Of a DNA stretch of 64,000 nt, positions 1 through 9,779 are shown one piece after another. Every line of letters starts with the position of its first letter. The first letter of the stretch is position 1. The stretch lies in NCBI GenBank assembly GCA_963747195.1, contig CAVVDV010000005.1:262814-326813 (forward strand). Reading direction: 5' to 3'. A program made the translations under genes and the position numbers. The stretch is from an uncultured Actinomycetes bacterium. GTDB lineage: Bacteria; Actinomycetota; Acidimicrobiia; IMCC26256; JACDBD01. Below the pieces are notes generated by a model. It was not told where the DNA came from, did no database searches, and saw nothing but the letters and a program-made list of their open reading frames with translations.

Positions 1-882
1 CGGCGGTGGTCGAGCCGGCGTGGGGTCGGTACGTGGCCGGTGTCGTGCGGGCGCTCGCTGACGCCGGACGCGCGCCGGCGGGCATCGACGCCGCCCTGTC
101 GTCGACCGTGCCGGTGGGCTCGGGCATGTCGTCCAGCGCCGCGCTGGAGGTGGCGATCGCGCTCGCACTGGCGGATGCGGCAGGGTTCCGGTGCCCGGCA
201 GCCGTGCTGGCGCGGGCGTGCCAGCACGGCGAGCACCTCGCCACCGGCGTGCCGAGCGGCGTGATGGACCAGCTCGTCGCGCTCCTCGGGCGAGCCGGCC
301 ACGCGTTGCTCATCGACTGCCGGACGCTCGCCGCCGAGCCGATCGCGTTGCCGGACGCGCTCGCGGTGCTCGTGCTGCATTCGGGGCTCCCCCGCACGCT
401 GGCGGGGAGTGCCTACGCAGAACGGCGTGCCGACGGCGAACGCGTCGCCGCCCGGCTCGGCGTGCCCGCGCTTCGGGACGCGTCGCTCGACGCGGTGCGC
501 GACGAGCCGAGGGCCCGCCACGTCGTCACCGAGAACCAGCGCGTCCTCCAGTTCGCCGACGCCTCTGCGCGCCGGAGACACCGCCGCGCTCGGCTCACTG
601 ATGCTCGCCAGCCACGCCAGCCTGCGCGACGACTACGCCGTCTCGACACCCGAGCTCGACCTGGCTGTCGATCTGCTCGTCGAGCACGGCGCGGCCGGCG
701 CCCGGCTGACCGGCGCCGGGTTCGGCGGGTGCGTCGTCGCGCTGGTCCCGCGCGCGCAGGTCCGTGCCGTCGCGAGCAAGACCGTCGCCCGGTACCGGGC
801 CGAGACCGGCCTCGACGCCGACGCCTTCGAGGTGCACGCGGTCGACGGCGCCGGCCGCCTCGACCGCTCCGGTCGGCGCATG
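1..882 (+). CDS. galK: Galactokinase, 5'-truncated by window edge, one internal frame break as assembled
   Basis: The frame of ORF 6..1787 gives the GHMP-kinase signature [15 protein letters not shown] and [15 protein letters not shown]. The expected continuation [32 protein letters not shown]...[14 protein letters not shown] is in the frame of ORF 409..1080, implying an indel near 565-590. The 3' end is approximate (ATGA junction near 880). Confidence 0.8.
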
Positions 883-3374
883 ACGCTGCGGCTGTCGGCG
901 GCGGACCGCCCCCGTCCCGGCCCCGCGCCGGTCGCACCCCACTCGGAGTTCGAACCCGTCGCGGCCGCGCGCCCGCTCCCCGTGGTCGGCGGTCGAGCCG
1001 GGGGACGCAACCGTGGGCAGCGGCCGCATCGAGGTGTCGCAGTCGGGCCGGTGGGAGCGGTGGGCGGACGTCGACGGTGACCCCTCGTTCCCGGAGGCGG
1101 GGGCACGCGCCGCGGCGGGGCCACCCACCGACGTGGCCTGGCGCAAGGTTGTGGTCCCCGAGAACTACGGCTTCGACGAGGAGCTGCTCGCGCCAGTTCG
1201 CGCCGGTCTGGTACCGGCGCACGTTCGCCGACCCCCGGCACGGCGGGCTGCCCGAGTCGCCACCGCGTGTCCGACTCCGCTTCGCCGCCGTCGACTATCT
1301 CGCCGACGTGTGGCTGAACGGCGAGCACCTCGGTCATCACGAGGGCGCGTTCGCGCCGTTCGGGTTCGACGTGACCGACCGGCTGGCGAAGAACAACACC
1401 CTCCTGGTCGCGGTGCAGGATCCGCTCGAGCCGCTGGACCCGTCGGCGCTGTTCTTCGATCACCGCAAGCGCGTCATCAAGGGCACGCTGAAGTACCACG
1501 ACAGCCGGCCCGGTGGCCTGCCGGGCCGCATGGTCGGCCCGCTCGTCGAGGGCGGCGACCCCTGGGTGTGGACGCCCGAGTGGGGTCAGTCGATGACGAC
1601 GGCGGGCATCGTCGGCCCCGTCACGCTCGAGCGCACCGGCGACGCGTCCGCTCGACGCGCTGTTCGTGACGCCGCTCGGCCAACGCACCGTGCAGGTGGC
1701 GGTAGTGGCGACCAACCACACGGGCGACGACGCTCGCAACGCGCGTCGATCTCGAGCTGGCCGGCGAGCGGGCGCAGCTCGACGTGACCCTGCCGCCCGG
1801 GCCGGGACGCATCGACGTGGTCATCGAGCTCGACGGCTCGGACCTCGCGCCGTGGGAGCCGGCGGGCGAAGAATCCGGCGATCCGGCCGTGCACGAGCTC
1901 CGGGCCGCGCTGGCGACGCCGGACGGGCACGCGCTCGATCGCCGCCAGACGCGCTTCGGCCTGCGCACCGCCCGCATCGTGACCGACGACGCCGGGCATG
2001 CTCGACATCTCGAGGTGAACGGCCGGCCGGTGTTCGTGAAGGCCGTGAACTACATCCCGTGGCAACACTTCGCCGAGGTCGGCCGCAGCTTCTACGACCG
2101 CGACATGCGCATGCTGCTCGACGCGCACGGCAACTCGGTCGGCGTGCACGCGCACGTCCAGTCGCCGCACTGCTACGACGCGGCCGACGACGCCGGCGTG
2201 CTCGTGTTCCAGGACTTCGCGTTGCAGTGGTCGTACGACTCGGGCACCGAGACCAACCCGGGGTTCGTCGACACCGCCCGCCGCCAGATCGCGGAGATGG
2301 CGTACCTGCTGCACAACCACCCGAGCGTCGTCTACTACGCGTGCCACAACGAGCCCGCCCGGATGTTCGACCCGCGCCGGGCCGACGACGGGCCCGAGAC
2401 CGACCTGGGCGAGACGCACCTCGACGCCGAGCTCGACGCGACGCTGCGCGCCGTCGACACCGGCCGGCACGTGCACCGGGCGTCGGGCATCGGCGACGAC
2501 GTCCACAACTACGCCGGGATCGCTCACCGGCGGGACCCTCTACCGGGTGCGCGAGCGGCCGGCGTGGTTCGTCTCCGAGTACGGCTTCTGGACGGTCGGG
2601 CCGCAGGCCGACAAGTTCGGCGATCGCGGATGGCCGCCCGATCCGGAGCAGATGCGCGAGTGGGTCAGCCGCCTGTCGTTCATCGGCTCGACGTGCGCGT
2701 TCGCGGGACTGCCGTCACGGTACGGGTCGCGGGACGAGTGGGCCGACGCGACGCAGGCGTACGGCGCGGCCCTGGCGAAGTACCAGACCGAGTGGTTCCG
2801 GGCCCACCGCGGCGATCCGTTCATGGGCTACCGCTGGCACTTCTGGGCCGACTGGTGGGGCTACGCCGGCGGCGGCCTCGTCGACGTCGAGCGCGCCCCG
2901 AAGACGACGTACGAGGCGTTCCGGGACGCGAGCCGACCGCGACTGCTCGTCGGACTGCACGACGCCTCGGTCGTCCCGGCCGGAGCGCACGTCGTGCCCA
3001 TCGTGGCGGTGAACGACCGGCGCAAGGGATGGCGGGGCACGGCCTCGTGGGAAGTGGTCGAGGCGACGTCAGCCGTGTTCGCGCCCGACTTCGACGGGGC
3101 CCGCATCGGCCTCCCCATGCCTCCGGACGCCGACGCTCGCGTCGCCGTGCCGCGATCACGCGGCGCGGTCGTCACTCACGGCGAGCTCGCGTTTGATGCC
3201 GCGCCGACCGCGGCGACACCCGTCGGTGACGTCACGGTCCCGCTCGAAGCGGGACAGGCGCGCACCCTGGTCCTGCGATGGAACGACGTCGAACTCGGCG
3301 ACCAGGAGAACTTCGTGCACTTCCACTGCCCGGCCGACGACGAGGAGCACGGCCCCGGGCTCACGAACGTCTGA
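880..3374 (+). CDS. Glycoside hydrolase family 2 protein (beta-mannosidase/beta-galactosidase-like), at least 3 frame breaks as assembled
   Basis: The gene is split across ORF 1013..1669 ([18 protein letters not shown]), ORF 6..1787 (WYRRTF...[29 protein letters not shown]), ORF 1784..3196 ([18 protein letters not shown]...[10 protein letters not shown]) and ORF 2547..3374 (C-terminal third, stop at 3374). It shows GH2 sugar-binding and TIM-barrel hallmarks, including the NEP acid/base motif. Confidence 0.75.
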
Positions 3375-4092
3375 GCGCCTCGCAGAGCCTCGCGACGGCG
3401 TCCGGCGTCCGGATGCCCCACCAGAAGAGGTCGCGACCGTCGACCAGCCGGACGTCGGCACCGCGGACGATCGTCTCCACCTCGTCGACGTGGCGGTCCT
3501 TGAACGGGTACGGCTCGCCGGGGAGCACCACGAGGTCGGCGCGCCTCGCTGCGATCTCCTCCAGCGTCGTCTCGGGATAGCGCTCGCCGGCGCCGGCGAA
3601 CACGTTCTCGATGCCGAGCAGCTCCAACAGCGACGAGCCGTAGGTGTCCGCGTTGATCGTCATCCACGGCCGGCGCCAGACGAGCACCGCCGCGCGCCGT
3701 GCCACACCCGGTGCCACCGCACGCTGCTCGTCGAGCCACCGTTCCCACTCGTTGGGCGCGAAGGGCGCGGGCGCGTCCACACCGACCGCGTCGCCGAGCG
3801 CCGCGACGGCGGGACCCACGTCGGCCACCGAGCGGGGCGACATCGAGTGCACGCGGAGCCCGGCGTCGACGAGCGCGTCGGCGTCCTCGATCCGGTTCTC
3901 CTCGTCGTTCACGACCACGAGGTCGGGCGAGAGCGCGACGATTGCTTCGATGTCGGGATTCTTCGTCCCGCCGACCGCGGGCAGGTCGGGTTGCTCGCAG
4001 AACCGGGTGCACGCCACCGGATCGACGCCGATGGCGCGCAGCGTCTCGGTTGCGGACGGGACGAGCGAGACGACGCGCAGAGCCGTGGCTAC
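3361..4092 (-). CDS. BtuF/FhuD-type (helical-backbone) metal/cobalamin-binding protein
   Basis: The last 243 codons of ORF 3361..4659 read VVSLVPSATETLRAIG...GGTKNPDIEAIVALSPDLVVVN...DLVVLPGEPYPF. There is no obvious signal peptide. No canonical start codon sits at the expected N-terminus, so the start is approximate. Confidence 0.65.
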   Translation of the reverse strand, partial: VATALRVVSLVPSATETLRAIGVDPVACTRFCEQPDLPAVGGTKNPDIEAIVALSPDLVVVNDEENRIEDADALVDAGLRVHSMSPRSVADVGPAVAALGDAVGVDAPAPFAPNEWERWLDEQRAVAPGVARRAAVLVWRRPWMTINADTYGSSLLELLGIENVFAGAGERYPETTLEEIAARRADLVVLPGEPYPFKDRHVDEVETIVRGADVRLVDGRDLFWWGIRTPDAVARLCEALRRS

Positions 4093-4724
4093 ATCCGCTC
4101 GAGGAGCGCGGCCTTCTTGGTCTCGAACTCCTCGGCGGTGATGTGCCCCTTGTCGCGCAGGGCGGCGAGCTGCTCGATCTGGTCGGGGATGTTGGCGCCG
4201 CCACCGGCGGGCGTCGCCTGCGGAGCCGACCAGCTCGCGGTCTCCTTCGCGTTGATCTCCATCTGGCGGTAGATCTCCTGCTGCACCCCGTCGGGGTGGC
4301 GGACGTCCTCGAAGTGCGACTGGCCTTCGCGGCCCGCCGACTCGATGTCGAGGTCGCCGGCGCCGATCAGCCGCTCGAAGATCCGCTGGTGGAAGTTGAT
4401 GTTGTTGATCCGCTCGAGCGGGATCTCGACGCCGTGCTTCGAGAGCATGCCGGTGCGGAAGATCACGCGGTCGTCGGTCACCACGAAGTGGGTGTACTGC
4501 CACTGGAAGTACTTGGTCGCGAGCCACACCGCCCAGATGATCGCGAGGATCGCCCAGGCCCACCCCGCGACCGTTTTCACGCTGCCCGACAGCGTCAGCA
4601 CGCCGATGAGCGCGAGGAAGAGCGGGATCCCGGTGAGGATGTGCTTCGAGAAGTACCACCAGTGCGGCTGGAGATCGAGCGCGACCGTCTCGCCCTCGTT
4701 GAGGAGGTGCCGCGGGTAGGGCAT
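4089..4724 (-). CDS. Membrane protein with bacterial PH (bPH_2/YdbS-like) domain and C-terminal SHOCT-like tail
   Basis: The gene uses the internal ATG of ORF 4089..4991 (MPYPRHLL...). It has two hydrophobic helices, then HFVVTDDRVIFRTGMLSKHGVEIPLERINNINFHQRIFERLIGAGDLDIES, then QIEQLAALRDKGHITAEEFETKKAALLERM. Confidence 0.7.
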   Translation of the reverse strand: MPYPRHLLNEGETVALDLQPHWWYFSKHILTGIPLFLALIGVLTLSGSVKTVAGWAWAILAIIWAVWLATKYFQWQYTHFVVTDDRVIFRTGMLSKHGVEIPLERINNINFHQRIFERLIGAGDLDIESAGREGQSHFEDVRHPDGVQQEIYRQMEINAKETASWSAPQATPAGGGANIPDQIEQLAALRDKGHITAEEFETKKAALLERM

Positions 4725-4734
4725 CGAGATGATG

Positions 4735-6053
4735 CTACGGCGACGCGACGGGGCCGAGCACACGATCCAGGTACGGGTTCCGGAACCGACCGTCGGGGTC
4801 GAGGCGGGCGCGGACGGCCTGGAAGCGCGCCCACTCGGGATACCTGGGCGCGAGCGTCTCGGCCGTCTGGTAGTGCATCTTCCCCCAGTGGGGTCGACCG
4901 CCGATGTCGTCCATGATCGCCTCGACGCCCCGGAAGTACTGATCGAACGGTGTTCCCGCCGACAGGTGCACCGCGAGGTAGCCGGTCTCACGACCGTTCG
5001 CGGTGCTCAGCGGGATGTCGTCGGCCGCCGCGACTCGCAGCTCGATCGGGAAGTTCACCGCCAAGCCCTCGCGCTCGATGAGATCGCGCACGCGGAGCAG
5101 CGCCTTGCCGAGCTCGGCGCGCGGGATGGCGTACTCCATCTCGACGAACCGCACGAGCCGCCGGCTGCACAGCACCCGGTGGCTCACGTCGACGACCTCG
5201 GTCTTGCCGATCCCGCCGGCGACGAGGTTCATGAGCTTCGGGACCGCATCGGGGCGCCGGCGTCCGACCGCGGCCGCGGCGCCGAACGCGAAGTTGGCGA
5301 GCAGGATGTCGTCGCGCCACGCCTTCCACGACGACTTGGTACGGAGTGGCTCGTCGGTCCGGTTGGCGACCTTGACGGTGGCGACGTCGGTGTGCGGGAA
5401 CCAGTAGCAGTCGATGTGCTCGTTGTGGTCGACGATGTCGTCGAGGTCGTCGATGAGCGAGTCGAGAGGCCGGGGCTTCTCGATCGAGTGCAGACGGAAC
5501 GACGGCTGGCACTGGAGCGTCACCTTCGTCACCACGCCGAGCGCGCCGAGGCCGACGCGTGCGCTCGCGAACACCTCGGGCTCCTCGTCGCGCGAGCAGC
5601 GCAGCACTTCGCCATCGGCCGTGACGAGCTCCAGCGCGGTCACGAACGTGGCCAGGCCGCCGAAGCCGCTTCCCGCCGCCGTGCGTGGCGGTCGCGATCG
5701 CGCCCGAGATCGACTGCCGGTCGATGTCGCCGAGGTTTGCGAGCGCCAGGTCACGCGTCTCCAGCTCGTCGTTGAGCTGCCAGAGCGGGATGCCGCCCTC
5801 GACGGTGACCGTGCCCGCGTCGCGGTCGATCGCGACGACCCGGTTGAGCCCGCCCAGACGCAGCATCCGGCCGTCCGTGCAGGCGATGCCGGTGAACGAG
5901 TGTCCGGCGCCCACGACCTTGACCGTCTGGCCCGCCCGCTTCGCCCGCTGCACCGCCTCGACGACCTCGAGCTCGCTCGTCGGGCGTCTCGACGGCCGCG
6001 GGGCTGCACTGCTGGTTGCGACCCCAGTTGCGCCAGCGGGCCCCGTCGCGCAT
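4735..6053 (-). CDS. FAD-linked sugar-1,4-lactone oxidase/dehydrogenase (L-gulono-/D-arabinono-1,4-lactone oxidase family), 2 frame breaks as assembled
   Basis: The N-terminus WRNWGRNQQCSPAAVETP is in ORF 5751..6053. The FAD domain TVKVVGAGHSFTGIACTDG...GGIPLWQLN is in ORF 4988..5953. The ALO C-terminal domain ...GGRPHWGKMHYQTAETLAPRYPEWARFQAVRARLDPDGRFRNPYLDRVLG is in ORF 4735..6810. Confidence 0.8.
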
Positions 6054-6083
6054 CGGCCGAGAGCCTAGGTGGTCGGCGAAGCC

Positions 6084-6450
6084 CTAGCTCCAGCCCAGCT
6101 CGCGCAGGCGGGCGTCGTCGATGCCGAAGTGGTGCCCGATCTCGTGGACCACGGTGACCCGGATCTGGTGGGCGAGGTGCGCTTCGTCTTGTGACCGCTC
6201 GCACAATGGTCCCCGGAAGATCGTGACGCGGTCCGGCATCACGCCCGCGTAGTTGAGGGGCGAGCGGTTGGTGAGTTGTACGCCCTCGTACAGACCGAGG
6301 AGCGTGCCCCGTCGACCGCCGAGCTGCTCGCGCGTCGGCCAGTCCTCGACGAGGACCACCACGTTGTCCATGTGCGACGGCCAGGTCGGGGGGAATGGAG
6401 TCGAGCGCGTCGGCGACGAGCTCTTCGAAGCGGGCGCGCGACACGTGCAT
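6084..6450 (-). CDS. Zincin-like metallopeptidase family protein, one frame break as assembled
   Basis: ORF 6084..6371 carries HEIGHHFG. The N-terminal MHVSRARFEELVADALDSIPPDLA is in the frame of ORF 4735..6810, starting at 6450. Confidence 0.7.
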
Positions 6451-6481
6451 CAAATGAAAGTTACCGAGGTCGCGAAGTCCC

Positions 6482-6510
6482 TTGACGGCGCGCGGTCGCG
6501 GTCGTATGTT
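6482..6510 (+). promoter_or_regulatory. Sigma-70/SigA-type promoter candidate
   Basis: TTGACG (6482-6487), a 17-nt spacer and TATGTT (6505-6510) form a near-consensus pair inside DNA that is otherwise over 70% GC. Confidence 0.5.
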
Positions 6511-6516
6511 CGCTGG

Positions 6517-6812
6517 CACCGGTGACAAGGGCACGGCACTGGTGATGTCTGCAAGCGCAGCAGCCGGAATACGGGTCCGAGGAGTCGGTCGGCGACCGAA
6601 CGTCGGAGTGATCCGGCGCCGGGGGCCGGGACAGAGTCGATGGGGACGCCCCGCCCGCCGGGGAGCCCCCAAGGCAATCGTCCGAACGGGAGGCCCCGAG
6701 GAGATCGGAGCTGCGACGCAGCGAAGACTACTCGGGGCCTTTCCCATTTCCGCGTGTGCAGCTCGAGGGACGGTCCGCGGTTCCTGTCGTACCCGGTCGG
6801 TATGGTCCACGA
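6517..6812 (+). promoter_or_regulatory. Long structured non-coding leader / candidate cis-regulatory or small RNA upstream of the helicase
   Basis: No frame gives a credible ORF. Several perfect local hairpins are present, including a 9-bp GC stem GGCCCCGAG/CUCGGGGCC (within 6688-6745) followed by UUUCCCAUUUCC. The 5' and 3' ends are complementary. The RNA class is not assigned. Confidence 0.3.
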
Positions 6813-8859
6813 GTGCGCCCTGACCAATTGCTCGAGGACCCGCTGCTCGAGGGCCTCGACGACGCGCAGCGCGAGGCCGTCACCACGCGCGCCGTACCGC
6901 TCGCGATCCTCGCCGGCGCCGGCGCGGGCAAGACGCGCGTCCTCACCCGTCGCATCGCCTGGCAGGCCCGGCACGCGCACATCGACCCGGGGCACACGCT
7001 CGCGGTCACGTTCACGCGCAAGGCCGCCGGCGAGCTCGGCGATCGCCTCACCCGGCTCGGGGTCCGCCGCCAGGTCACCGCGGGCACGTTCCACGCCATC
7101 GCGCTCGCGCAGCTCCGGCGCCGGTGCGAGGACCACGACCGGCCGATGCCGAAGCTGCTCGACCGCAAGGCGCGCCTCCTCGTGCCGATGCTGCCGGGCC
7201 GGGGCCGCGAGCGCGCGCTGCTCGCCGCCGAGGTCGCGTCCGAGATCGAGTGGGCGAAGGCGCGCCTCGTCCGCCCCGACGGCTACCAGGCCGCCGCCGA
7301 GGCGGCGCGGCGGGACCCGCCGCGGCCCCCGGCCGAGATCGCCGTCTTCTTCGAGCGGTACGAACGCGAGCGCCGCCGCCGGGGCCTCGTCGACTTCGAC
7401 GACCTCATCACGTGGTGCGCCGACGTGCTCGAGACCGACGCCGAGTTCCCGGCCGCGCAGCGCTGGCGGTTCCGGCACCTCTTCGTCGACGAGTTCCAGG
7501 ACGCCAACCCCGCCCAGTTCCGCCTCGTCGCGCGCCTGGCTCGGCGACCGCGCCGACCTGTGCGTCGTCGGCGACGGCGACCAGGCGATCTACGGGTTCG
7601 CCGGCGCCGACGCGTCGTATCTCACCTCGTTCGGCGACCACTTCCCCGGCGCGGCCGTCGTGCGGCTCGGCACGAACTACCGCTCGTCGCCGCAGGTCGT
7701 GTCGGCCGCGGCGGCGGTGCTGGACGACGAGCGGTGATCGAGCCGGCGTCCGCAGCTCCCGACCCGAGGGCCCGCTCCCGGTCGTCCGCTCGTACCCGAG
7801 CGACGAGGCCGAAGCCGAGGGCGTCGCGCGGTCGTTGCGCCGCGACCACCCGCCGGGGACGCCGTGGTCGTCGGCGGCGGTGCTGTACCGGACGAACGCG
7901 CAGTCGGCGCTGTTCGAGGAGGCGCTGCGGCGCGAAGGCGTCCCGTTCCGCGTGCGCGGCGGCGGGCGGTTCCTCGACCGACCCGAGGTCCAGGTCGCGC
8001 TCGACGACGCTCCGCGAGCGGACCGGCGAACAGCCCGGCGTCCCGTTCGCCGGGCCACCTCGACGCCCTCACCGAGAGCACCGCCGACGCGTCCGAGGAA
8101 CGCCGCGAGCACGTCGAGGCGATCGGCCGCCTCGGCCGCGAGTACCTCGACGCCGACGGCGGGAACGGGTCACTCGCCGGGTTCCTCGCGTTCCTGCAGA
8201 CCGCGTTGCGGCCGGCGACGACACCGGGGCCTCGAGCGGCGACGCGGTCGAGCTGCTCAGCTTCCACCGGGCCAAGGGCCTCGAGTTCGACACCGTGTTC
8301 GTCACCGGCTTCGAGACGGGGCTCGTGCCGATCTTGCACGCCGAGACGCCGCAGGAGAAGGCCGAGGAGCTGCGTCTCCTGTACGTGGCGTTGTCGCGCG
8401 CCGAGCGCAGCGCTGCACCTGAGCTGGGCCCAGAAGCGCACCGTGGGGATGCGCACCTACCGCCGTACGCCCAGCCCGTGGCTGGCCCCGATCGAGGCGA
8501 CCGTGTCGGCGGCGCGCGCGCCGGAAGGCGGCAACGGGGCGCGCGACGAGCAGGGTCGCGGGCTCGCCGCCGCCCGTGAGCAGGTCGCCGGCGCGCGACG
8601 CCAGTCCGGAGCCACGCGCGACCAGCTCGACGCCGACGGCAACCGAGCTCCTCGGCGCGCTCCTCGAATGGCGTCGCAACCTCGCCGCGCGTCGGGCGTG
8701 CCGGCCTACGTGATCTTCCACGACACGACCCTCGAGGCCGTCGCCCGCGACCGGCCGCGGTCCCGGGGCGACCTGCTGACGATCCCGGGCATCGGGCCGG
8801 TCAAGCTCCAGCGGCACGGCCAGGCCCTGCTCGAGATGGTCGGCCAGCACCCCGGCTGA
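6813..8859 (+). CDS. UvrD/PcrA/Rep-family SF1 DNA helicase with C-terminal HRDC-like domain (UvrD2-like), at least 5 frame breaks as assembled
   Basis: The Walker A region AILAGAGAGKTRVLTRRIA, TFHAIALAQL and FRHLFVDEFQDANPAQFRL are in ORF 6756..8579. LCVVGDGDQAIYGFAGAD...GTNYRSSPQV is in ORF 6640..7737. AVLYRTNAQSALFEEALRREGVPFRVRGG is in ORF 7124..8422. VELLSFHRAKGLEFDTVFVTG...RLLYVALSRAE is also seen. The C-terminal VPAYVIFHDTTLEAVARDRP...IPGIGPVKLQRHGQALLEMV is in ORF 7864..8859. The GTG start at 6813 is in the frame of ORF 6756. Confidence 0.85.
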
Positions 8860-8926
8860 CCCACCGTTGACGGGCCGGGCTCGCTCGGCCACCATGCGGG
8901 CACGGCACCGGCAGCGGAGTGACGCG

Positions 8927-9244
8927 ATGGCGTGGTCGAGCTTCCCGGTCTTCCCCACCGACGACGGCTGGCCGTACCCCGATCTCCCCCGCGGGTTCGA
9001 CGATCCCGCCGCCGACGACGAGGTCGACCTCGACGCGCTCGAGCTGCGGGTCGACCCGCACACGTTCGAGTGCCTGGACCCGACCGAGTACGAGCTCGTG
9101 GCTCGCCGGTTCGGGTTCAACGGCCCCGCCACGTCGATGAAGGACCTCGCCCACGAGCTCGGCTGGTCGCACACCCAGACTCGCGACGTGCTGGGCGGCG
9201 CCATCGACAAGCTCCGCACCCGGCTCACCACCGACACGCTCTGA
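8927..9244 (+). CDS. Small stand-alone sigma-70 region-4-like helix-turn-helix protein
   Basis: The gene uses the internal ATG (MAWSSFPVFP...) of ORF 8867..9244. The C-terminal LDPTEYELVARRFGFNGPATSMKDLAHELGWSHTQTRDVLGGAIDKLRTRL resembles a sigma region 4 HTH. No sigma region 2 is present. Confidence 0.55.
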   Translation: MAWSSFPVFPTDDGWPYPDLPRGFDDPAADDEVDLDALELRVDPHTFECLDPTEYELVARRFGFNGPATSMKDLAHELGWSHTQTRDVLGGAIDKLRTRLTTDTL

Positions 9245-9251
9245 CCCGCGG

Positions 9252-9740
9252 TCAACACTCGCTCCAGAGGCCGCGGCCGGCGCGCTTGGCGTCGAGCTCC
9301 TCGCGCAGCATCGTGCGGGCGTGCGCGTGATTGGGCTCGATGACCAGGAGGCGGGCGTAGCCGCGGCGCAGCAGCTCGTCGTTGAACCGCTCGCCGTCGA
9401 CGACGACGTACGCGAGGCGGCGGCCGTACCGATCGCGTCCCTCGATGTCGTCCTCGAGCTGCACCGACCGTCCCGCCAGGTGCTCCTCGGTGAACGCGGC
9501 GGCCTCGGGCCCGAAGCATTCGACGGGCTTGGTCGGATGATGGGTTTCGGGCGTGTTGATGCCCAGCAGCCGGACCGTGTCGGTGTCGTTGCCGCCGCGG
9601 GCCACGTCGATCGTGTCGCCGTCGACGACGTGGACGACGGTCCATTCGGCGGTCGCGGCGTGGCGTGCCTGTCCGAGCCGCCAGCCCCCGAGCGAGGCGG
9701 CGGCGAGGATCACCACGACCACGACCCGGGAGCGGGTCAT
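9252..9740 (-). CDS. Thermonuclease (staphylococcal nuclease/SNase family), N-terminal signal/anchor
   Basis: ORF 9252..9740 has the N-terminus VVVVVILAAASLGG and the SNase core VVDGDTIDV...VRLLGINTPETHHP...GRDRYGRRLAYV. The gene is intact. Confidence 0.85.
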   Translation of the reverse strand: MTRSRVVVVVILAAASLGGWRLGQARHAATAEWTVVHVVDGDTIDVARGGNDTDTVRLLGINTPETHHPTKPVECFGPEAAAFTEEHLAGRSVQLEDDIEGRDRYGRRLAYVVVDGERFNDELLRRGYARLLVIEPNHAHARTMLREELDAKRAGRGLWSEC

Positions 9741-9779
9741 GCGGCGGATCGTACCGGGCGGGTGTGACGACGTCCCGGG

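Noticed and set aside
945-960. A gagttcgaacccgtc string resembling a tRNA T-arm.
   Set aside because: It lies inside coding sequence. No acceptor or anticodon stems can be built around it. I found no tRNA or rRNA anywhere in the window.
413-1739. Long ORFs antisense to or overlapping real genes. Examples are 413..1222 (-), 633..1739 (-), 3176..4204 (-), 6450..7478 (-), 15733..16842 (-), 19366..20607 (-), 25704..26534 (-), 50988..52349 (-) and 53074..54612 (-).
   Set aside because: Their translations are Arg/Pro/Ala/Gly-rich with no recognisable motifs. They lie opposite or out of frame to sequences with clear family signatures. These are the typical stop-poor shadow ORFs of DNA with over 70% GC.
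6517-6700. Assigning the leader to a known riboswitch class (cobalamin, ydaO/c-di-AMP, SAM-IV, T-box, RNase P, SRP, tmRNA).
   Set aside because: I found no B12 box, no GGAAAGUCCGG RNase P core, no tmRNA ends and no T-box sequence. Only a partial, from-memory resemblance to ykkC cores remains, which is too weak to call without a covariance-model scan.
6482-6823. A 113-aa ORF (and the antisense 6450..7478 ORF) as possible coding content of the helicase leader.
   Set aside because: The translation is Arg/Gly-rich with no hydrophobic core. There is no RBS, and the ATG lies inside the -10 hexamer. I treated the region as non-coding.
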